A stretch of DNA of 27,039 nucleotides, from the NCBI GenBank assembly GCA_964014485.1, contig CAXHAT010000105.1, forward strand, positions 1 to 27,039, given 5' to 3'. Of this stretch, positions 14,998 through 23,586 are shown one piece after another. Numbering within the stretch: position 1 is the first letter of the stretch; each line of letters opens with the position of its first letter. The translations under genes were made by a program, and so were the position numbers. A model generated the notes under the pieces. The model made no database searches. It was not told where the DNA came from and saw nothing but the letters and a program-made list of their open reading frames with translations. Source of the DNA: an uncultured Deferribacteres bacterium (GTDB lineage: Bacteria; Zhuqueibacterota; Zhuqueibacteria; Zhuqueibacterales; Geothermadaptataceae).

Positions 14998-17028
14998 TTA
15001 GCGCAGAAGAAGCATCTTTCTGACAGACGAGAATTCCTCGGTTTGCATTCTGTAAAAATAAACGCCGGAAGGCGCTTCGGCGCCCGATTCGTCACGACCG
15101 TTCCAGAGCACTTCATGCACGCCCGGTCGAAAAGTTTCTTCGGCTAAAACGGCAATACGTTGACCAATGCCGTTATAAATTTCCAGAACAACTCTGGCCT
15201 GTTTTGGGACGCTGAATGAAATCAAGGTTTCGGGGTTGAACGGGTTAGGATAGTTTTGCGAAAGCGCGAACTCTGTGGGCGAAATTGGCGGTTTTTCATC
15301 TTCAACGGCAGTGGCGAGCGTGATGTCGGCGAGGCTGCGCGGCAAGAGCTGGTAGCCCGAGCTGTACGGCTCCGAAGTATCGAACTGTCCGATCACGCCT
15401 GTGATATCAACTGCATTGGCCGGGGCCGTTGTACCGTCGATATTGGTGTCACCGTCAATGCGCATTTGAGCTGACCCCGTCGCGTCGGAAATCGTCAGAT
15501 TCGCTGATGCGCCGCTGGCTGGATATTGCCCTGAAATAGTCGCCCCGAAAACCGTCACGAGCTTGCCTTCAAAAGCTTCGCCGCGTACGGCAATGTCCTC
15601 GGCGGTAACCTGTATGCTTTCCGGAAACGAACTGGAGCTAAGTCTTGTGACAGTGTAGGGAATCAATTCGGTCAAACCGTTGAACAAGCTGACTACGCCC
15701 GTTACTTCAAATTCCAGCGCAACGCCAGGGATGGTTTTGTCGGTAAACAATGAGCCGAAAACGGCGACGCCGCCCGTCTCATCTTGAATATACCCGGGGC
15801 CGCCAAACTCACGCCCGACCGTCGCGACGCCGCGCACAGTCACGTTTGCGCGCCCGAGAAAAGTCGGCACGCCGTTTTGTAAAACCTGGCGCAATTCAGA
15901 AATCGGGGTAACCGGATTGGCGGGCGGCGTGTATTCGCCGGACGAATTGACCCAGATTGGGCTCGACCATAACAAATCAGTATCGGCCTGGACAATTTTT
16001 ACAAAGTAAAACGTTTCGCCAAACGCTTCTTCGTCAGCAATCTGCCAGTTGAAACTGTTGCCTTCGGGAAAAAATATTTCCAGCAATCGGTTGTTTTTGT
16101 AGAGCTGCACGGAAAGGAAATTGTTTTGCGCTTGCGCCGCGATCTCAAAATCGACGCGATTGTCGTCATTGTCAAATTCTTCGCCCATCCAATTCCCGTC
16201 AGCCGTAAATTTGGTTAGAAAGATTCGGTCTGTCGCGGGCTTGGTCTCGAACGCGTAAGTCCGGCGATTTCGGATTGCGTCCAGGATTTTAGGCTTTGTC
16301 AGACTATCAGCGAGAACGCCGGTCAAATAAATTTTGTTTCCTGAAGACAAGCGGTTTCCATAAGCGCCGGCATGATTGTCCTGATTGCCGGTCGCGCCTA
16401 CATGCCAGCCTTTTTCAAGCGCCTGCAAGTAATACCTTTCAAAATCGCCAGACCTGAATCCACTGAGAACCTCGATGGCGTTCATGTTCAAATCGGCGGA
16501 CTCAAAATAATCGAGATTGAGAAAATTACTGTTGCCGTTGTCCGTGCCCGGGTGGTTAAATTGGCCGTTCAGATCATTGTCGATCAAGAATTGGTAGGCG
16601 TTCTGCAAATTGAAGCGCGTGTTGGCGTCGCCCGGATCGTCTGCTCGCGTCAAGGGCTCGAAAATATTCATGTGGCCGTAGCCCGTACCGCCGAGGCTGC
16701 CCAATTCCTGTCCTGCAATCGCAACAAACGTCAGCGCCGGATCATCATAAACCGCCGCAGCCGAACGTACGTCTTGGAAGTTCGTTTCGGACAAGCCGTT
16801 GGTATGATCGGTCAACGCCATGAAATCAATATTGGCGACAGTTCTGGCGTAGTCAAACGCAGCGGCAGGGTTTTTAGCGCCGGTCTTGCTGTCATGAGAA
16901 TAAATAGAGTGCTGGTGCAGGTCGCCAAAGTAAATGCTGTAATTTTGACTGAACGAATTTTGGGGCAAAATAAACATAAGCCCCGCTGAAAAAAAGAATC
17001 TGGCAAGTCGTCTCATCCTATCCGTCAT
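14998..17028 (-). CDS. Secreted PHP-type (CehA/McbA family) metallohydrolase with OB-fold-like modules and a C-terminal T9SS type A/FlgD-Ig sorting domain
   Basis: YFGDLHQHS, TDH, QFNHP and NQDNH metal-binding motifs; GYIQDETGG and ISDATG repeats; LSQNYPNPFNP...WNG....SGVYFY...KMLLLR. Confidence 0.88.
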   Translation of the reverse strand: MTDRMRRLARFFFSAGLMFILPQNSFSQNYSIYFGDLHQHSIYSHDSKTGAKNPAAAFDYARTVANIDFMALTDHTNGLSETNFQDVRSAAAVYDDPALTFVAIAGQELGSLGGTGYGHMNIFEPLTRADDPGDANTRFNLQNAYQFLIDNDLNGQFNHPGTDNGNSNFLNLDYFESADLNMNAIEVLSGFRSGDFERYYLQALEKGWHVGATGNQDNHAGAYGNRLSSGNKIYLTGVLADSLTKPKILDAIRNRRTYAFETKPATDRIFLTKFTADGNWMGEEFDNDDNRVDFEIAAQAQNNFLSVQLYKNNRLLEIFFPEGNSFNWQIADEEAFGETFYFVKIVQADTDLLWSSPIWVNSSGEYTPPANPVTPISELRQVLQNGVPTFLGRANVTVRGVATVGREFGGPGYIQDETGGVAVFGSLFTDKTIPGVALEFEVTGVVSLFNGLTELIPYTVTRLSSSSFPESIQVTAEDIAVRGEAFEGKLVTVFGATISGQYPASGASANLTISDATGSAQMRIDGDTNIDGTTAPANAVDITGVIGQFDTSEPYSSGYQLLPRSLADITLATAVEDEKPPISPTEFALSQNYPNPFNPETLISFSVPKQARVVLEIYNGIGQRIAVLAEETFRPGVHEVLWNGRDESGAEAPSGVYFYRMQTEEFSSVRKMLLLR

Positions 17029-17048
17029 TTCTGAATCCTTCCTGATTT

Positions 17049-17089
17049 AAAAAAATCGCCCTTCCAGCCTTTTGCTCTGAAAGGGCGAT
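17049..17089 (-). terminator. Rho-independent terminator-like hairpin
   Basis: Minus strand ATCGCCCTTTCAG-N9-CTGGAAGGGCGAT (13 bp, one G-U pair) followed by a T run. Confidence 0.7.
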
Positions 17090-17166
17090 CATAGTTTTTT
17101 TCTTTTTCAATGCTTGCGTCATCAATGGAAGCGCATTGTACCGCCGCCGCAAGCCATGCAAAGTCG

Positions 17167-17556
17167 TCATTTTAGTCGTTCTAGTCGGCCTTTTCGTCGA
17201 ACGATATTCTTATAGTCCCACTGGATGTCGCGCGCTTTTGCGATCCAGCGCTCAAGATTCTGTGCGTTTACCTGATCGACTGATGTGTATCGGGCTTCAG
17301 CAGCCTTGAAGCTGCCTTCCTTTTTTAGCCCGTCTTCATCGAAAGATTGCCCGCTCCAGAAAAGGAGGCGTACGCAATTTTTTAATTTGCTGTATCCAAC
17401 AATCGGGTTGCCGTCGAGAAACCACACCGGGTGAGCGTGCCAGATTTTATTTTCCGCTTCAGGCAATCTTTGATCAATCTCTCTCGCTAACAGATTGCAA
17501 ATATCACGATCATCTGCTTCTTGAGATTTATTGTACTTGTCAACGTCAGGGTGCAT
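17167..17556 (-). CDS. DUF1801 (YdhG-like) domain protein
   Basis: LPEAENKIWHAHPVWFLDGNPIVGY...LLFWSGQSF; GTG start. Confidence 0.88.
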   Translation of the reverse strand: MHPDVDKYNKSQEADDRDICNLLAREIDQRLPEAENKIWHAHPVWFLDGNPIVGYSKLKNCVRLLFWSGQSFDEDGLKKEGSFKAAEARYTSVDQVNAQNLERWIAKARDIQWDYKNIVRRKGRLERLK

Positions 17557-17608
17557 TTCGATTTCCAGCTAGCTAGTCGATGGCAATTGCCGATAAATGG
17601 TGTGATTT

Positions 17609-17754
17609 TAGAGTGCATTTGGAAAGTCCAAAATTGTCATGCTGGAAGCATCTTTTTTAGACTTTTCCACCAAAATTTCTGGAACGTTCAAGCCTGGCGA
17701 TCTAAAAAGATTCCTCCGGAATGACAAGAAAGGAACTTTGTCAAATTCGCTCTT
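17609..17754. repeat. MITE/REP-like element: inner GTCAT..ATGAC palindrome inside an outer inverted repeat
   Basis: TTGTCATGCTGGAAGCATCTTTTTTAGA (from 17634) / TCTAAAAAGATTCCTCCGGAATGACAA (to 17727). Outer GAGTGCATTTGGAAAGTCC (17611-17629) / GGAACTTTGTCAAATTCGCTC (17732-17752). Confidence 0.75.
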
Positions 17755-18805
17755 ATTGCTCAATATCCGTCGATAGCTTGAAGCGTACAATTCGGTTGTT
17801 GCCAGTATCCGCGACGTAAAGGGTTTTGTCGAAAAAAGCCACGCCTTGCGGGTTTTTAAATTGCCGTTCGCCAGAGCCGCTCCCGCCGAACGATTGCAAC
17901 TCGCCGCCGCTAGGGGAAAATTTATACAAATAATTTGCCTCGGCGTCAACAACGTAAATATTGCCGATTTGGTCGACCGTCACGTCTTCCGGCAGGCTGA
18001 ATTTATCGGGCTGGAAAATCGCAAGATTGCCTTGCGCTGGACTCAGCCGTGCGACAAAGCCAAATTCACCGGCGGTTAGCCACTGCACTTTAAAATTATT
18101 TTGACCAACCATGCAAAAAATGAAATCTTGCGAAAAATCGCGCAAAGCCGTTACGCCGCTTGGCTCGGAAGCCGAAAGAATACCCAGTCCGTTTGGTTCC
18201 AAATTCACCGCGTTCGCCACACGGACGTCGAACTCTTCCGGGAAAATCAGGACTTGATTGTCCCGCGTCTGTTGACCTGTCGCGGTCACCAGGTAAGTCA
18301 GCCGGGCCGTGCCCTGAAACGGCAATATCTGCGAAGAAATGCCGGTAAATCGACGATCCGGGTTATCGACCTCTTCAAACACCAATTCCACCGGCGCGTT
18401 TGCAATATCATGCCCGTGCGCCAGAAGATTGATGCGGTAAATTTTATTGTCATTCGAAACGATGAGTAACCGGAGTTTTGAGTCTTGCGTCATCGCAACG
18501 GGGTGCGGGACTGGCTGAGACTGCCCGAGTATATTTCCGGCGAGATCGAGCATAACAATGCGGTCGTTTCCAGTATCGGCGATATAAACAAGCGGCTCGC
18601 GCCCGAGCAGAACGTCTTGCGGCGCATTGAAATCGTACCCAGCGTCGGAGTCCCAGTCCGGGCGAAGTTGTAAGTAGGTGGTATCGCTGACGGCGGGGAT
18701 GTTGGTGATATCGTCGGGTTGCTCCGGCGGGACAAACTTTTCAAAGTTGCACGCTGCTGTGAACGCGAAGAGAAGAGACGCAAAGCATGTAATATATTTT
18801 TTCAT
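17753..18805 (-). CDS. NHL-repeat beta-propeller lipoprotein
   Basis: Lipobox FTAAC; YIADTGNDRI, P.DVTVD..GNIYVVD and FKNPQGVA..LYVADTGNNRI. Confidence 0.9.
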   Translation of the reverse strand: MKKYITCFASLLFAFTAACNFEKFVPPEQPDDITNIPAVSDTTYLQLRPDWDSDAGYDFNAPQDVLLGREPLVYIADTGNDRIVMLDLAGNILGQSQPVPHPVAMTQDSKLRLLIVSNDNKIYRINLLAHGHDIANAPVELVFEEVDNPDRRFTGISSQILPFQGTARLTYLVTATGQQTRDNQVLIFPEEFDVRVANAVNLEPNGLGILSASEPSGVTALRDFSQDFIFCMVGQNNFKVQWLTAGEFGFVARLSPAQGNLAIFQPDKFSLPEDVTVDQIGNIYVVDAEANYLYKFSPSGGELQSFGGSGSGERQFKNPQGVAFFDKTLYVADTGNNRIVRFKLSTDIEQ

Positions 18806-18824
18806 TCGGAAATCGCAGTTTAGA

Positions 18825-19817
18825 TCAGAATTTTAGATTTGCTGAAAACCGATTGGCTGTGCCAAGCCTGCCGAACTCCGAATAGGAAAAATCGACGTGT
18901 AATTCAAAGGCGTTTAGCGGAATGCGCAAACCTGCGCCAAAAGCGTAGGATTCTTCCTCGACGTTAACTTTGTAGCCGCCGCGCAGAGAGAGCATTTTTT
19001 TCCAGCCGTATTCAACGCCGATGTTGACGTTTTCGGCGTTGTCGTTTGGATGATTTAATTGGATTGAAGTCGTGATCCGGCTCTGCTCATTATCGACGAC
19101 TTCAGTCGCGAACCCAACGCGGAAAACCGTCGGCGGCGCAAAATCCTGGAAAGCGTTGACTTCAATGTCATCTCTTTGCACCACAGTTCCAGACGGTTCA
19201 ACGTTCGTGCCGAAATTGACCACGGAAACGGCGAAGCGCGAGGAACCAAATCCTGTCCAATAATACGTGCCGAAATCGATCAGTACATTCCGCGCGTGAA
19301 TATCATCGAGAGTTTCGTCAACATATTTCACGGTTGCACCGAGGCTGAATTTATCGGTCATTTGGCGCGCGAAAGTCACCCCAAGTGAAATATCGCCGAA
19401 AGTCACGAAACGGCCGGTGCCGAACGGCTGGAACTCGGTCGTTTCTTCAAAATCGTCGGTGTGTAATGCGATGGCGCTCAAACCAATGACATTGACGCCG
19501 AATCGGCGCGTGTAGCCGATGAATTCGTGCTGTATGTCCACCGGCCAATCGACGTGAGCGATAAAAAGTTCGTTGTTTTTGGTCTGCGTAATACCGGCGG
19601 GGTTCCAGTACAGCGCCGAAGCGTCATTCGCCACTGCAACGAAAGATTCGCCCATGCCGACTGCACGTCCGCCAACGCCGATTTTCAAGAATTGAAACAT
19701 CGCCGTCCCGGCACGTTGGCTGCCAAGCACCGGGATGAGCTGCGCCGAGACATTTTGACCCAACGTCATCAACGCGACGGTTATGGAAAAAATAAAAAGA
19801 TTGCGCTTAAATTGCAT
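18825..19817 (-). CDS. PorV/PorQ-family outer membrane beta-barrel protein
   Basis: FLKIGVGGRAVGMGESFVAVANDASALYWNPAG; terminal NRFSANLKF. ATG 19817 chosen; TTG 19829 is possible. Confidence 0.88.
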   Translation of the reverse strand: MQFKRNLFIFSITVALMTLGQNVSAQLIPVLGSQRAGTAMFQFLKIGVGGRAVGMGESFVAVANDASALYWNPAGITQTKNNELFIAHVDWPVDIQHEFIGYTRRFGVNVIGLSAIALHTDDFEETTEFQPFGTGRFVTFGDISLGVTFARQMTDKFSLGATVKYVDETLDDIHARNVLIDFGTYYWTGFGSSRFAVSVVNFGTNVEPSGTVVQRDDIEVNAFQDFAPPTVFRVGFATEVVDNEQSRITTSIQLNHPNDNAENVNIGVEYGWKKMLSLRGGYKVNVEEESYAFGAGLRIPLNAFELHVDFSYSEFGRLGTANRFSANLKF

Positions 19818-19872
19818 AGTTTGACTCAATTTTTCAGTAGTTACGAACCACTGTTTTTTCGATCCGACTGCC

Positions 19873-22734
19873 TTAGAACCTCAACAACAACCCAACCCGA
19901 ACGTTCCTCTGCGTCAAATAGCGCGCGGGATTAAACGGGAACGGCGAAATCGGCGCTTGCGTATCGGGGAACAACGGGTCATTCCAGCTTGTCGGCGTCG
20001 GATCGCCCACTTCGTAAGCGCGCCCGGTGACGGGGTTGATCACCTGCGAATTTTGGCGATTTAGCAGGTTCACAACCTCGACTTGAAAAGTGTAATCTAA
20101 TCCCTTCAAGCTGAAGTATTTCTCAAAATTCATGTTGATCCAAAACCAAGTCGCCGCCACGCGACCATAAGGATCATCCGCTTCACCGTTTTGGTCAAGA
20201 TCGCTGACGTACTCCGGACGTCCGTCAGGTAAAATTGTACCCGAGGCGAATTGCGGCGTGAAGCGTTTGCCCGCCTGCGCAAAAGCGCGCATGTTCAGAT
20301 TCCAATCGTCTGGCAAGCGCAGGCCAAAAAGTTTCGGGCCTTTGTTTTTGGCGACACTAAAGTTCGCAACCGCGGAAACCTGCCAGGGCCGGTCCCAAAT
20401 CAGAAAATCTTCCGTGATCGGTTTTTCGTTGATCGAGCCTTGCGCAACGAGAAAAGCGTCGTCCGGCGAAGAACTTTTACCCGTTGCAATCGAGTAGGTG
20501 CCGCTGATTGAGCCGGTCAAATAACTCCCCGCCCGCTTGCGATATTCCACTTCCACACCGCGTGAACGTGAATAATCCAGATTCAAGTATGTCGTAAAAG
20601 TTCTCCCGGAGAGTCGCCCGGTGCCGCGAAAGTTGATCGTAGTGACATAGTCGAAAATGTCTTTATAATAAGCAGTGAGCGTAAAAACGTCGTTTTCGCT
20701 GAATTTGTGACGCACGCCGAATTCATACGCGACCGTCGTTTCGTAGTCCAAATTCGGATTGCCGAATTTCTGGAATGTCGACTTCGCGCTGTTCTCGCCA
20801 AGCTTGGCGTAGACAAATTGAGGCTTCGGGCGCTTGGAAAAATGCCCGTAGGAAAAGAAAAGCATTTGGTTGTTCGAAATCGGATGCGAAATGCCGACCC
20901 GCGGGCTCATCCTGCCGCGCCAGCGCCGTCCAAAAAATCCGTTGGTTTCGTTTTTAAAATCCACGCGCGTCTGATCGGTGACGGTCGCGATATCCGGGTT
21001 ATCGATTGCGTCTTCGACGTACTTGCCGGGAAACCAATAGTCAAAACGCAGACCGACGTTTGCGATCAGTCCTTTGAATTTGATCTGATCCTGAGCGTAC
21101 ATGTGCCCGTACGCCGGGCTGACTTTGTAAATGTCATTATTCAAGCCGAGATCGCCGAACCATGGCTTAAAAATATCGATCATTTGGAAATCAGCGAAAC
21201 TTGTTTCTATCCCCGCCTTGAGTTTATGCGTGTTATTCGTCGTGTGTGAAGTCACGTCGAACTTGGCCGTCCACTCATCGACGTAGTGATCATGCCAGGT
21301 GAAACCGTCGCCATAGTCCCAGAAACCGTCGCCGGGAAAAACCGAAACAATCGTGCTGTCCTGGTTGAAAAAATAATCAATCGGCTGTGTGACAATGTCC
21401 TGCGGCTCTGTGTATTCACTCCAATGCTTGCCGTTGACATCGCTGCGCAACTGGCTGAAAAAACGCGAGAGTTTTACTTCATAAAACGTCTTGCTGTTGA
21501 TCGTGTGCGTCCAGGTTGCCGCGAGCTGCTTGTTGAGGTGGGTGAAAGTGTTAAAATTGTCGAGATTGTTCTGGAAATCGTAGGCGTAACCCGGACCCGG
21601 CTCGACAAATTCCAGGTTGGTTTGCAGAGACTTGGTGTTTTGATTCAGGGTGATCGATTGGTTGCCGGAAATGACCAGCTTGTGCGTCGGATCGATTTTC
21701 CAGGTCAGCTTTGCTATCCCCGACCAACTGTTATCCTGTCGTGGTGCGAAGTCCGTTCCATTGAACGTCGAGGAGAACAACTGATTCGCAGTGTTTTTGA
21801 GATAGCTGTCGCTGATAAACATGTAGCCGCTGGTGAACAGGCTGAATTTCCCGGGCAAATTCAAGCCAAGCGCCGGCAGCACGTAATTCGTGATCGGCTC
21901 AGGGCCGCTGATACTAAACTCGGCCACGTCCGTATTGAAGCTATAGCGGCTGTCATTGCTAAAAATTCCGACGACCGGCGTGGTTGGATCAAAATTCCCA
22001 AAATGGTCGCGCTTGTAGCTCAAAGAGCCTTTGTATTTTTCACCGCCTTCCTTTGTTTTAACGTTAATAATACCTGACATGGCCTGTCCGTACTCGGCGT
22101 TAAAACCGCCGGTAATCACCTCAACTTGTTCGATGGCGTCAGTGCTGAGCTGCAGACCGAAGCCGGTGCCCGAAAGCGGGTCTTGTACGGAAACGCCGTC
22201 AAGCAAGTAGGCGTTTTCATAGGATCGTCCGCCGCGAATGTGAATCTCGTCGTCGTTTTTCACCACGCCGACCTGATTGGCGACGATGTCTTGGACGGTT
22301 TCAACCACTTCCGCTTCGATTTCCACGCTGGAAATGCTGCGAATGCTTGAGGTTTCCTCAATATCGAAAAGCGGCTTTTCCCCGATGACCACCACTTCCT
22401 CGCCGAAGGCCAGAACCGTCGTTTCCAGTTTAAAATCAATCGTTGTCGGCGTTCCGGCGGAAACCTTGACGCCCGTCTGTTCAATTTTTTTGTAACCAAT
22501 CATCGAAACGTCGATTGAGTACGTGCCCGGTTTAACGTTATTGATAACAAAAACGCCGTCAAGATCAGTCGCGGCGCCGTAGTAAGTGCCTTTGACGATG
22601 ACGTTCACGCCGGGAAGACCTTCGCCGGTCTCTTTGTCGGTTATTTTACCTGTAATTTTGCTGACGGTTTGAGCGGAGAGAAAGAGAGACGACGAAACAA
22701 GAAAGGCGGCGCTGAGAAGGATTTTACCTTTCAT
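19873..22734 (-). CDS. TonB-dependent receptor with N-terminal carboxypeptidase-regulatory-like domain
   Basis: GKITDKETGEGLPGVNV..GAATDLDG; plug IHIRGGRS..LDG..TGGFNAEYGQAMSGIIN; SPRVG, GNPNL; C-terminal Phe. Confidence 0.95.
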   Translation of the reverse strand: MKGKILLSAAFLVSSSLFLSAQTVSKITGKITDKETGEGLPGVNVIVKGTYYGAATDLDGVFVINNVKPGTYSIDVSMIGYKKIEQTGVKVSAGTPTTIDFKLETTVLAFGEEVVVIGEKPLFDIEETSSIRSISSVEIEAEVVETVQDIVANQVGVVKNDDEIHIRGGRSYENAYLLDGVSVQDPLSGTGFGLQLSTDAIEQVEVITGGFNAEYGQAMSGIINVKTKEGGEKYKGSLSYKRDHFGNFDPTTPVVGIFSNDSRYSFNTDVAEFSISGPEPITNYVLPALGLNLPGKFSLFTSGYMFISDSYLKNTANQLFSSTFNGTDFAPRQDNSWSGIAKLTWKIDPTHKLVISGNQSITLNQNTKSLQTNLEFVEPGPGYAYDFQNNLDNFNTFTHLNKQLAATWTHTINSKTFYEVKLSRFFSQLRSDVNGKHWSEYTEPQDIVTQPIDYFFNQDSTIVSVFPGDGFWDYGDGFTWHDHYVDEWTAKFDVTSHTTNNTHKLKAGIETSFADFQMIDIFKPWFGDLGLNNDIYKVSPAYGHMYAQDQIKFKGLIANVGLRFDYWFPGKYVEDAIDNPDIATVTDQTRVDFKNETNGFFGRRWRGRMSPRVGISHPISNNQMLFFSYGHFSKRPKPQFVYAKLGENSAKSTFQKFGNPNLDYETTVAYEFGVRHKFSENDVFTLTAYYKDIFDYVTTINFRGTGRLSGRTFTTYLNLDYSRSRGVEVEYRKRAGSYLTGSISGTYSIATGKSSSPDDAFLVAQGSINEKPITEDFLIWDRPWQVSAVANFSVAKNKGPKLFGLRLPDDWNLNMRAFAQAGKRFTPQFASGTILPDGRPEYVSDLDQNGEADDPYGRVAATWFWINMNFEKYFSLKGLDYTFQVEVVNLLNRQNSQVINPVTGRAYEVGDPTPTSWNDPLFPDTQAPISPFPFNPARYLTQRNVRVGLLLRF

Positions 22735-22756
22735 GTTTTTACCTGGTTGGTTTTTG

Positions 22757-22853
22757 GCAAGTAAAATTCATAATTTCGTATTGCGTCGCGAATGTAAAAA
22801 GAAATCCGCCACTAACGCAAGACCAACGACGCCGAAGTTATGAATTTCATTGC
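22757..22853. repeat. Inverted repeat in the divergent promoter region upstream of the TonB receptor
   Basis: AAATTCATAATTTCG (22764-22778) / CGAAGTTATGAATTT (22833-22847) are 14/15, with inner TTGCGT/ACGCAA. Confidence 0.65.
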
Positions 22854-22864
22854 GGGAAAATAAT

Positions 22865-23044
22865 ATGCCCTCGCTCTGCCCCAAATGCCGCCACGTGAAA
22901 ACGATTACCAACCGCAGCGGCTCAACATTTTTTCTCTGCCTGCTCGCCAAAACCAACCCGCAATTCCCCAAATACCCGCGCCAACCCGTGTTGCAATGTC
23001 CGGGATTTCAAGAAAAAGTGCATCGGGGCCGTCCAAAAACATAG
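22865..23044 (+). CDS. Small four-cysteine protein (putative metal binding)
   Basis: 59 aa LCPKCRH...GSTFFLC...FPKYPRQPVLQCPGF; ATG start. It resembles, from recall, a conserved uncharacterised small-protein family. Confidence 0.7.
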   Translation: MPSLCPKCRHVKTITNRSGSTFFLCLLAKTNPQFPKYPRQPVLQCPGFQEKVHRGRPKT

Positions 23045-23363
23045 TATTTTCAAGTTGCGATACAATATGCCGTAGATGGCAAGATTTGGACCCCCTGCAT
23101 ATGGTGTGCGTCGCATTCAGAAATCATGTTTTTAGACAACTCCAACGAGCTTTTTGAAGTAGTATTCGGGGTAAGCGATGCGTCATAGCGCCAGCGAATA
23201 GCATCAGCTATAAATTCAATTATTGCTTGATGTTACGCGCAGTAACGCACATTCTGGGTTTTGGAGTAAACGTCATCTCTCGATGAAAGGCATGCCACGT
23301 GTAGGGGGTCAAAATCTTGAACCCCTACGACATACTGATACTGTGTAACATCTTGAAAATATT
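23043..23363. mobile_element. MITE/REPIN-like element with about 60-bp imperfect terminal inverted repeats containing GTAG-type REPs
   Basis: 23043-23100 aligns with the reverse complement of 23299-23363 (TATTTTCAAG..., GTAGGGGGTCAAAATCTTGAACCCCTAC). The spacer of about 200 bp has no convincing ORF. Confidence 0.7.
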
Positions 23364-23367
23364 GCGG

Positions 23368-23433
23368 CTCATTCCCAAACTCCGGTTTCGAGCCAAAGAA
23401 TTGCCCTCCCAATCCAGAGATTGGGAACGAGAA
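23368..23433. repeat. Degenerate CTC.TTCCCAA..TTGGGAACGAG palindrome
   Basis: CTCATTCCCAA / TTGGGAACGAG ends; related in pattern to the element at 1532-1689. Confidence 0.65.
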
Positions 23434-23586
23434 TTTTGGGCGTCCCGAAATTAGGTTGACGGAAGTGCGTCTCCGCGGAATGACGTTGATAAAAGGTTGC
23501 TATATTATGAAGCTGGCGCGTAACATCAGTTATTACCAAAAATCAATAGCTGGACAGTTACACGATGCAAGTCTTACGCGCCTGTT

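Noticed and set aside
23100..23298. RAYT transposase remnant between the two GTAG REPs
   Set aside because: The minus-strand frames I translated show stops and no HUH motif; only a vague IIEFIADAIRW resemblance.
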